The notes below the pieces were generated by a model that saw nothing but the letters and a program-made list of their open reading frames with translations, was not told where the DNA came from and made no database searches. DNA of 63,694 nucleotides, filler included, from Thraustochytrium aureum (lineage: Eukaryota), in the NCBI GenBank assembly GCA_012862495.1. It is 7 parts of 5 records of this genome, joined end to end, with 100 filler letters (N's around TTAATTAATTAA, not from the genome) between each part and the next. Parts side by side here need not be neighbours in the genome. Positions count along the whole stretch, not along the records: positions 8,285 to 29,007 come from BLSG01000155.1; positions 29,108 to 53,632 come from BLSG01000156.1; 5 more parts are not named here. The stretch is one strand, 5' to 3'. The translations under genes were made by a program, and so were the position numbers. Shown in pieces: positions 20,990 through 29,840 of the stretch. The stretch's first letter is position 1. Every line of letters starts with the position of its first letter.

Positions 20990-23554
20990 ATGCAGTGGTG
21001 CTTGAAGCCGCTTGCTTTGGCGCTGCTCGCCACGCCCAGCCTTGGCCAGGACTACAACGCCCTTTGTGAACCAACCACGTACTATTCGGGAATCCAGCGT
21101 GCCATCGCCGATGGTTCGCTAAGTATCGCGCAGCTCCACAGTGTCATCTCGAACGGCTTCACGAGCATCTCCTACAGCTCGGGAACGCCAAACACAGTCG
21201 ACGCGTTGGTGTCTCTGGATGCGCTTGACGGCGACCCTACCCGAGTCAGCCTCGTCTACTCCAACTTCAGCGCGGGCATCAACAACACCGAGAACAACTG
21301 GAACCGCGAGCACCTCTGGGCGCGGTCGTTCGGAATCGATACTTCAGGGGCAGACACCTCTGACCTCTTTAACCTGCGCCCATGCGATGTCGACGTGAAC
21401 AACGCACGGGCCAACAAAGCTTTCGGGATGTGCCAGGCCAGCTGCACGTCCCCGGCGTTCTCCATGGACACGCGAGAGTCTGGCCCCGGGACCGCAACCA
21501 ACAGCGCGGTGTGGCAGCCGCAGCCTGCTGAGCGAGGCGATATCGCGCGCGCGATGTTTTACATGGCTGTGCGGTACGACGGCAGCGAGCCGCAGACGTC
21601 GAACCTCCAGCTGAGCAATTGCCCCAACACGGCAAAATCTTTGTTCGGCAAACTTGAGGACCTGCTCCAGTGGCATCTTGACGACCCCGTTGACGCCAAC
21701 GAGATCCGCCGCAACAACCTCATTTGCTCCGAGTGGCAGCACAACCGAAACCCGTTTGTGGACCACCCAAACCTTGTGCAGGCACTCTTCGGGCCAGGAA
21801 ATTACACTGACCCTGGATGCACGGCAGGACCGATCACGCCTCCCGCAGCCCCAGGGCGCGTCGCAATCGTGGGCATCAACACGTCGAACAAGCCCCGCAC
21901 TCGTATCGCTTTCCTAGCCCTGGAAAACTTCCCCCCAAACGTCCCCGCATTCACTGTGACTGACGACGATTGGACAGGAACAGAGCTCAAGTCGAATGAG
22001 GGTGCGGTGTTTTTCACGCCTGGACCAGAAGGGATCAAGCGCGGCGAGGTCGTTGTGTGGGACAGGGGCAACAGTGCGGGCTGGACAACAGTCACCGGGG
22101 CGACATTGTTCGACCTAAAAGCTTCCAGTGAGACCCTCCTCGTCATGAACGGAGAGTGGAGCCAGAGCGATGAATCGCCGCCAGAGTTCTTGTTCGCGTT
22201 CAAGTATGGCTCGGATTCCTTCGGTGCGGCAGAGCTCCCCTCGGAACTCTCGATCGGGGTGAGCGCTGTCGCCGTTGGGTACTCAAAAATGAATCTCCGC
22301 TTCAACGCCACTGGCAAGATAGCCGGGACGAAAGACGAGGTGCTGGCGCTTGTCTCCAATCCGGCCAACTATGAGGCCTCGAGCGAAGAGTTTGACTTCT
22401 CCACGCTCGAGTTTGCCGTCGGGCCCACATCAAGCCCGACGAATGCACCGACGACGGCAGTGCCGACCACCACCCTGAGCTGGTTGCTCAACAAGGACGA
22501 GTCTAGTGAGCCTGCTGTGGCAGGAAAAGTCGTCAAGTCGTTTACGCATGCGGCCCTTGCCTGCAGCCTCTGCGCAATCGCCTGCGCTGCGCTTCTCGTT
22601 CGCCTAAAGCTGACGCATCCAGTGATAGGCGCTGCTCAACCTCTCTTCTGCGCGACGGTGCTATTCGGTGCCCTGTTGAGTACGCTCTCGATTGTGTTCG
22701 TCACACTTGACGACACCTCTGGGGAGGGCAATCGAGCGGGCCCTGCTGGTGGCAACTCCATAGCGGACTCTGCCTGTGTGGCCTCAGTTTGGTTTTTCGG
22801 GCTCGGTTTCATGCTCATGTACGGTGCACTTATCGTCAAGATGGCCAGGATCCGCGCTCTCTTTAGCCTGCGCTACCGCATGACGGAGAAGGACCGCCGC
22901 CGCCAGTCCACAAGGCACAACCTGCACCTCCTCGCCGCCATCGTCGGTGTCGAGATTGTACTACTGGCCTCGTTCACGGCTGCGAGCCCGCTAAAGTACC
23001 AGCGCGACATCCTGTACGACGAGGACCTTGAGGTCTACCGGCTTGGGCCTGGGTTTTGCACATCGGAGCACGCCAACGCGTTTGCCGCCAGCATTGGGGC
23101 CTACCACCTTGTTGTGCTCCTGTACGGCTTTTTCATTGCCATCAAGACGAGCAAACTTCACAGCGCTTTTAGCGAAGGCAAACACATCCGGTTTGCCATG
23201 TTCAACGGGCTGCAATTCTCTATCCTCGTCATTCCCGTGCTCTACGTGACCACCGACCCTGGCAGCGCCATGCTCGTTCGCGGCGGCGCCATCGCCATTC
23301 ACGACATTGCCGTTGTCACCTTCATCTTTCTGCCAAAGGCCTATATGATCTACGTTGGCGTCGACTCGAAAGACGGCGAGGGCGGCGAGGTTATCGAGCA
23401 TGCCATTGAGCGAAAGAAAGGGGCCATCGGGACCTCCCAAGTTGCCTCCTCTGGCCTTTCCAAGAGCAGCGGCAACGATGACTATTTTTGCTCAACTTGG
23501 GTCCCCCCACAATCGGCGAAGCCTCAGGACACGGAGCATGGTCACGAGCTTTGA
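20990..23554 (+). CDS. Endonuclease I (Bsn/EndA-type) ectodomain fused to class C GPCR 7TM domain, paralog 2 (intact, 854 aa)
   Basis: One uninterrupted ORF: signal peptide, nuclease (~21290-21790), lamin-tail-like domain (~21850-22380), PTSSPTNAPTT stalk, seven hydrophobic helices with GABA-B/class C motifs (~22540-23345) and a Ser-rich cytosolic tail. Confidence 0.92.
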   Translation: MQWCLKPLALALLATPSLGQDYNALCEPTTYYSGIQRAIADGSLSIAQLHSVISNGFTSISYSSGTPNTVDALVSLDALDGDPTRVSLVYSNFSAGINNTENNWNREHLWARSFGIDTSGADTSDLFNLRPCDVDVNNARANKAFGMCQASCTSPAFSMDTRESGPGTATNSAVWQPQPAERGDIARAMFYMAVRYDGSEPQTSNLQLSNCPNTAKSLFGKLEDLLQWHLDDPVDANEIRRNNLICSEWQHNRNPFVDHPNLVQALFGPGNYTDPGCTAGPITPPAAPGRVAIVGINTSNKPRTRIAFLALENFPPNVPAFTVTDDDWTGTELKSNEGAVFFTPGPEGIKRGEVVVWDRGNSAGWTTVTGATLFDLKASSETLLVMNGEWSQSDESPPEFLFAFKYGSDSFGAAELPSELSIGVSAVAVGYSKMNLRFNATGKIAGTKDEVLALVSNPANYEASSEEFDFSTLEFAVGPTSSPTNAPTTAVPTTTLSWLLNKDESSEPAVAGKVVKSFTHAALACSLCAIACAALLVRLKLTHPVIGAAQPLFCATVLFGALLSTLSIVFVTLDDTSGEGNRAGPAGGNSIADSACVASVWFFGLGFMLMYGALIVKMARIRALFSLRYRMTEKDRRRQSTRHNLHLLAAIVGVEIVLLASFTAASPLKYQRDILYDEDLEVYRLGPGFCTSEHANAFAASIGAYHLVVLLYGFFIAIKTSKLHSAFSEGKHIRFAMFNGLQFSILVIPVLYVTTDPGSAMLVRGGAIAIHDIAVVTFIFLPKAYMIYVGVDSKDGEGGEVIEHAIERKKGAIGTSQVASSGLSKSSGNDDYFCSTWVPPQSAKPQDTEHGHEL

Positions 23555-23641
23555 CGACCTGAGCGCAGAAAAAAAGAAACCTCTGTGCATGCGGCAACAA
23601 GCCAGTGCGTGCGCGCGCAGGACGGCCTGTGGCAATGGATC

Positions 23642-23752
23642 TACAGGCGAGGGTTGCTGGCGGTGAAATGCCTCTCCTCTCGTCGTTGCGCGAGCGTACA
23701 GGCGAGGGTTGCTGGCGGTGAAATGCCTCTCCTCTCGTCGTTGCGCGAGCGT
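23642..23752. repeat. Perfect 55-bp tandem duplication downstream of the GPCR gene
   Basis: tacaggcgagggttgctggcggtgaaatgcctctcctctcgtcgttgcgcgagcg present twice, head to tail. Confidence 0.92.
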
Positions 23753-24543
23753 TGCGCCGGCTCCCGCTCGAGTTCCCACTGACGGCATGAGGCTCGCGAC
23801 AAAAGAAACGTCGCTTTGCGGCACCCGCAACTCGCCAAGTCGCGGCTGCTCGATTGCAGTGCAGTTCGCGTTTGGCACGGTGCGCGACGCGCGCAATCGC
23901 GGTGCGGCGCGCTGTGATACAGAATAAAGAAACGCAGTAGATTTGCGCACCGCGCTTGTTTGCGCCGCTGGCAACTGGACATTGGCGAGCGCGGCCACGC
24001 ACGAACGAGAGCCCGAGCGCCCGTTTTGGCTGCATGTCCTGCACGTCCTCTCTTCCACGATCCTGCGCAAGGGCGCCATCGACCTGCTGGTCGTGGAGGA
24101 TGTCGTGGCGCGCAGCTAGTTGGATTGTTGCATGCAGGGCTCGCCGACAAGCTCGGCGCCGGCAAGGGCTGAGGGGCGGACGAGAAGGGCCGCATCCACG
24201 CCAACATTCATGTCCCTCCACCCCCCACACGAGACTGCAGGGCCGTCTACATCAGCCGATGCTTGACGCCAGCTTAGCTAGCTCTCTACTAGAGCTGGTC
24301 AACAAGTCGGCGCTGGCAGAACGTCATTTCTTGCCCGCGGACGACCCGTGAAGGACAAGCTCGTAGCAGTCACCTCGGTGGCGATGAACGTGCTTGGTCA
24401 CGGCGTGGTCGTCGACTGTAACGCGCTCAAGTCTGCCGCCGCGCCGCCGTTAAGAGTTTGGTGGAGAAGGAGGTTTCACTGTTGTTGTTATTGCAAGTGT
24501 GAACGGTGGATGTGGAGGACTCCACCTCTTGGCAGAGTAGTAG

Positions 24544-27042
24544 CTAGTTGACATAGTTGGCCGGGAAGAGGCCCCGCGCCCCCGATCGCTCGACGGTGCC
24601 GCGCCACCAGCCGCTGGGATCGCAAGCCTGGACGGCGATGCGGTCGCCACGGGAAAATGACACCTCGGTGGCGCCCTTGGCCTGATAGTCGGCGACGGCC
24701 TCGACGACGCGCGCTCCAGAGCTGAAGGCTGGGGAGGCCAGCACAGTGGGGCTCGTGGCACGCCTGCTCGGCAGAGCCTTGGCGAGGCGCTCGCGGCGGT
24801 CCTTGTTGGAGACGGCGAAAAGGCCGGCTGCGAGGCACACGGCGCCGACCACGCCGAAGGCGACGAGGCCGCTGCTGGCGCCCCCAGCCATACTGGCGCC
24901 TCCGGGGTCGACGCTGTCGCCTGCGGCGCTCGAGGTCAGGTCAGTCAGCAAGTTGGTGCCGCCGGGCACGGGCGCAGGCGGCAAGCCAGTGTCCACCTTG
25001 GCGCCGTCGGGCACGACCTCGAGAGTGAACTTTTGCTGCCGGTTGGAAAAGTTCTCGTTGCGGGTGCTCATGGCCATGTAGACGCCCGTCTTGGCGTTGA
25101 CCTTGAGGATCCCGGCGTCAAAGTAAGGAACGGGCTGGCCGGAGAGCTTCATGCAATTGTAGTGCGTCTCCTCGCGCTGCGCTCGGTTGGTAAACGCGTC
25201 TTCGAGCTGCGTAAAGTTCCAGCACTCGGGGCCCTCGATGTCCTGGTCCAGGAAGGCAAGGCGCCGCCAGACCTCGTCGTTCGCGTTGGAAAACATGTTG
25301 TACGCGGCCATGTCGAGAGCCGGAATGTTGTCGCCTGGTGCCGCGAGTTGGACAAAGTTCGAGCGGTCCGCCTTGGTCTGGCGCGCGCGCGAGTTGGACG
25401 CGTACGGACCGCCCTCGGCGTCGTTGCCGTTGCGGTTCGGGTTGTAGTCGCTGCCGGTCCACTGCAGGTGGACGCAGTCGTCAATCTCCGAGACGAGGTG
25501 CGAGGGAGTAAAGTCGTATTCCACGGCGGGGTAGGCCTGGACAATGTTGCCGCGCTTGCCCTTGACGCCCACGTTGTATATCTTGCCACAGCGGGCCGCA
25601 GCGGCGGGCTTGGGGCGCACCTCAAATACGTAGGAGCGGTCCTGGAACGTGCGCGCGTACTGGTCGGTGTTGACAGCAAAGTGGAGCCGCGTCTTGGCCA
25701 GGTCAGAGCCGGCGCCGGTGAGCAAAAGGTAGCCCTCCTCCTCGTTCTCGTCGTTGTCCTTCAGCGGGCTGTTGCGGCCGTTGAGGGCCGAGTCGCCCTT
25801 TACGGAGACGCTGTCATAGTCGGTGCTGCTTATGTTGTACCGCATGCGCAGCACACACCGCTGGGGCTTGGTGACCTCGGGCAGTGTCCACTGGTACCGG
25901 TTGGACGCGGCGGCTGGGCCGGCGGCGTTGCCGAGGTGGTTGGCGCGCGTAAAGGCGCCCTCGATGCAGTCAGGCGCGGCCACGCCGTGGGCCGGATCTT
26001 GGCACCACGTGTACCCCTTGCTCGTGCAGGCTGCCTGGTTGTTGGGCTGGGCGCCGTTGCCGCCACAGCCTCCCTTGCAGTCGCAGCGGCCACGGGGCTT
26101 GACGTTTTGCGACTCGGCTTGGAACGCCGCGCACTTGGCCGCGTGGTTGGTGATGATGGCAACGTCCTTCCAGGGCGAGTGGTGCCAGTATGGGTAGTAG
26201 GCCGCCTCCTCGGCGCACTCGAGGCCGTAGCGCTGCGCGTTGGGGTTTTGCCGTGTGTACCGCGCGTCATTGCCGTTGACGTCTTGGTCGGCTACCCAGA
26301 GCCCCTTGTTGCGCTCCCGGTTGGCGCACTGCCGGTAGTAGGCGAGCGACTCGTGCCGGCCGTAGCGGTAGTCGTCCTGCTCGTTGCCGTTGTCCGAGAT
26401 CGTCTTGGTGGCCTCAACGTTGAGCTGGGTGTCACCGTCAACGACGCGGACTGGCGTCCCATCCCGCAGAGTGCAGGTGGCGCGGGACTGCCCGTTCTGG
26501 TCCTTGCCGCTCGCCGCAAAGGGTGACGCGCACGTCGCGCGGTTGTTCGCGTTGACGTTGCTGTCGCAATCGTCGTCGAGCGTATCTTCGCAGGCGTATT
26601 GGATGATAATGTCGCTGATGATCTCGTTGTTGGCGCCCATGCCGTGCTGGGACGTCCACTCGATCGCCAGCTCGGACCCGCTGAAATAGTACATGGGCGG
26701 CGTATTGACGGCAGCCGGGTTAGCCAGCGTCCCGTCCCGCTTCGCCATGTTTTTGTTGGCTCCGTTGTTCTGGCCCGTGCACTGCGCGAACGCGGCGGCA
26801 TCGTCCACGTATTTGTAGCAGTCGAAAGGCCACGCGCGTGGCGCGCTGTACCCGCCGTTGTCGTTGTTCTGCGAGTCGAACAACCGGTTGGCGTTGCGCC
26901 GCTCTTTGTTGTTGTCGCTTCGCGCGTTGCGGTTGTTGCTTCCGCGGGGGGCGTGCATGTAGACGTCTGCTTCGGCCGACCCGCTCAGGTTGGCGGCGAC
27001 CATCACCGCAATGGCCACGGCTGCAGTGCGCTTGAGAATCAT
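24544..27042 (-). CDS. DD3-3-like single-pass membrane protein with C-terminal SH3 domain
   Basis: Signal peptide; DVYMHAPRGSNNR...NANRLFDSQNN, ECAEEAAYYPYWHHSPWKD and GKRGNIVQAYPAVEYDF are DD3-3 family motifs; TM GLVAFGVVGAVCLAAGLFAV; SH3 AVADY...EVSFSRGDRI...GWWRG...GLFPANYV. Confidence 0.85.
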   Translation of the reverse strand: MILKRTAAVAIAVMVAANLSGSAEADVYMHAPRGSNNRNARSDNNKERRNANRLFDSQNNDNGGYSAPRAWPFDCYKYVDDAAAFAQCTGQNNGANKNMAKRDGTLANPAAVNTPPMYYFSGSELAIEWTSQHGMGANNEIISDIIIQYACEDTLDDDCDSNVNANNRATCASPFAASGKDQNGQSRATCTLRDGTPVRVVDGDTQLNVEATKTISDNGNEQDDYRYGRHESLAYYRQCANRERNKGLWVADQDVNGNDARYTRQNPNAQRYGLECAEEAAYYPYWHHSPWKDVAIITNHAAKCAAFQAESQNVKPRGRCDCKGGCGGNGAQPNNQAACTSKGYTWCQDPAHGVAAPDCIEGAFTRANHLGNAAGPAAASNRYQWTLPEVTKPQRCVLRMRYNISSTDYDSVSVKGDSALNGRNSPLKDNDENEEEGYLLLTGAGSDLAKTRLHFAVNTDQYARTFQDRSYVFEVRPKPAAAARCGKIYNVGVKGKRGNIVQAYPAVEYDFTPSHLVSEIDDCVHLQWTGSDYNPNRNGNDAEGGPYASNSRARQTKADRSNFVQLAAPGDNIPALDMAAYNMFSNANDEVWRRLAFLDQDIEGPECWNFTQLEDAFTNRAQREETHYNCMKLSGQPVPYFDAGILKVNAKTGVYMAMSTRNENFSNRQQKFTLEVVPDGAKVDTGLPPAPVPGGTNLLTDLTSSAAGDSVDPGGASMAGGASSGLVAFGVVGAVCLAAGLFAVSNKDRRERLAKALPSRRATSPTVLASPAFSSGARVVEAVADYQAKGATEVSFSRGDRIAVQACDPSGWWRGTVERSGARGLFPANYVN

Positions 27043-29051
27043 CGTTGCGTTGTTCTATTGCTTGCTTTTGCTTTGGTTTCGGGTTTGCTTGCCCAAACCC
27101 AACGCGCGTTTGCTTGCTTGCCCAAACCCAACTGCCATAGGCCGGCCAATGCCGCTGCCAGCGAGGTACACGGAGCCATCTGTTTTCGTTTTGCGTTTCC
27201 CGCGCTCTGCCAAACGGCAGATGGACTGACGCCGCTTCGGGTGACCTCTGCTGGAGCAACGCACATATAGTACGTGGAGAAGGCCGGCAGTACACGCGCG
27301 CCGGCTCTGCGCCTGCGCGGAGCCAGGAGCCATGGGCCAGAAACCGGCCTCGCGGCACGTGTTGGCTGCCAATCAGCTCACTCCAGAGCTAGAGTGGCGC
27401 GAGCTCTCTCTACTCGAGACCTACCTGTGGCGGAATGACGCTCGCTCGTTTGGCGTTGGTGTCGCGCAGCAGGCGCGCTCAACACCCTGCCAAGAGACAA
27501 GATGGCAGACTGGCGCCTGCTCGTTCGGCGTTGGTGTCGTTGTGACGCGTGCGAGGGTTCTGCAAGGGGGGCGTGCCGTACAGTAGATAGNNNNNNNNNN
27601 NNNNNNNNNNNNNNNNNNNNNNNNNNNNNNNNNNNNNNNNNNNNNNNNNNNNNNNNNNNNNNNNNNNNNNNNNNNNNNNNNNNNNNNNNNNNNNNNNNNN
27701 NNNNNNNNNNNNNNNNNNNNNNNNNNNNNNNNNNNNNNNNNNNNNNNNNNNNNNNNNNNNNNNNNNNNNNNNNNNNNNNNNNNNNNNNNNNNNNNNNNNN
27801 NNNNNNNNNNNNNNNNNNNNNNNNNNNNNNNNNNNNNNNNNNNNNNNNNNNNNNNNNNNNNNNNNNNNNNNNNNNNNNNNNNNNNNNNNNNNNNNNNNNN
27901 NNNNNNNNNNNNNNNNNNNNNNNNNNNNNNNNNNNNNNNNNNNNNNNNNNNNNNNNNNNNNNNNNNNNNNNNNNNNNNNNNNNNNNNNNNNNNNNNNNNN
28001 NNNNNNNNNNNNNNNNNNNNNNNNNNNNNNNNNNNNNNNNNNNNNNNNNNNNNNNNNNNNNNNNNNNNNNNNNNNNNNNNNNNNNNNNNNNNNNNNNNCG
28101 GGGATGAGGCGTTCTGGACCACAGCTTTGCAAAGCGAGGGGAGCCACTCAGCGACGTCGTGGCGGTCGTGGTTGGCCTGATCATGTATCGGTAGGTACCG
28201 TGAAAAAAGAAGAAGCTGCAGCGCGCTGCCGGCCAGCCGCCTGACGACGGAAAGTTCACGCGCAAGCTCACAGCCGACAAGTACGCGTACCGGCGGCGAT
28301 CTGCGACTTGCTGTTCGCCGAGTAGTGAGCAAGAAGCGCGCAAACGGGTCGTTGCCTGACGACGGCTGCGGTGGAAGCAAGATCCAAAAAGGCGTTCTAC
28401 ATGAGAGCACGTTCGCGGGGCTGCCACATGCTCTTTGCAGATCTGAAAAGGGAGGTGGGGATCGATTTTGACCGCGCCGTCGCGACAGCAGCAGCATTGG
28501 CCGGCGTTGAAGCTCTATGGCTTCTCCTTGACGATGCGCAAAACACTTGCGGCAAGGACTATCCATGGGTTGGTGGGTGACTACATAGGCTACTCTACGA
28601 GTACTCAGGACGCTTAAAAACGGGAGGTGGGACCTCCAAAAAGGTGAAAGAAACGGGACTGCCGATTTCATGATTAGCTAAGGTCAGGCAGCACGAACAG
28701 GGACGTCTCGCTGCGCCACGGAGGCGGCTCGCTGGAGCGGACCCGGACCAACCCCATGAAGGCCTGAAGCCAAGAGCGGATCAAAGGCACCTTGATGACA
28801 AAGACTTGACGGCTGACAGACATCCTTGCGGCGTTGAAACGAGACGTCCGTGACAAACGTCCTGTTCTGATGATGATCACCTGCAATTGCAATCAAGTAG
28901 TTGGCTTGCAAACCAAGTGCTGACTTGAGTGCTCACTCCACACGCGATCATCGCTCTTGCTCGGGAACGCAGGCGCCGTCTTGCCACTTGCACACGCCGG
29001 ACGTCCANNNNNNNNNNNNNNNNNNNNNNNNNNNNNNNNNNNNNNNNNNNN

Positions 29052-29063
29052 TTAATTAATTAA
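29052..29063. other. Artificial contig linker TTAATTAATTAA
   Basis: Embedded in N runs. Confidence 0.97.
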
Positions 29064-29840
29064 NNNNNNNNNNNNNNNNNNNNNNNNNNNNNNNNNNNNN
29101 NNNNNNNATTCGATCACGAATTCGATCACGAACTAGGTACTTCGCGCGCCACATTCGGGGTCTGGAGCAAGAGGGCATGCATGCCACCGGGCGAAATCTA
29201 AAATTTTCTCTGAAGGCGCTAGAACTTGAAATTCAATACAAAGATAGGGTGTTTTCTTGATCCTCAAATGTCCTGCGACCGTCCGCCAGCTGCCGCGCCT
29301 GGAGTGGGGCTCGTTCGTGATGCCATGTCCGGCGCTGGACGGGTCGGTGGCGAGCGCTCTCGCCGAGGCTCCCCAACAGGCCCGCACGCCCGCCGCAGCC
29401 CGAGTTCATTCAGAGGCAGGCAGCACACGAGTCCTCCACGTCGCAAGACAGGGAGTGTCGAGGACAAACCTCGAAGAAGCACTCGCCCGTTCGGCCTGGG
29501 TGCAGGGGCAGAGCGCCCACTCGCCCGCGAACTTCACGTTCAGGTGCAGGGCCTCCGGCGAGCTCTGCAGCGCACACCGGCGTACCGCCTGAAGCGCGCG
29601 CCTCTAGGAGTATTATACATTTATGTGCGAAAAAAAGCGCGAGCTATCGCGCAGTGTTGCAAGCCGATCTCGTCCCATCCAAAGAGACAGCGAGCGAGCG
29701 GGCGTGGCACTGTTGGCAGACTCGGTTTGGCTGCCTGCCACGAGCAAGAAGCCAACGCACGTGGACCAGCGAGGAGCGCCGCCTCAGAGCCCGGTGCAGG
29801 CGGATACGATTGGGCGGCGGGCAAGCTCGCCGAGGCCATC

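Noticed and set aside
29226..29840. N-terminal extensions of ORF-track calls (29226, 20888, 13785, 20491, 57174)
   Set aside because: These stretches begin at non-ATG codons and look like UTR/promoter; downstream ATGs give proper signal peptides or family N-termini
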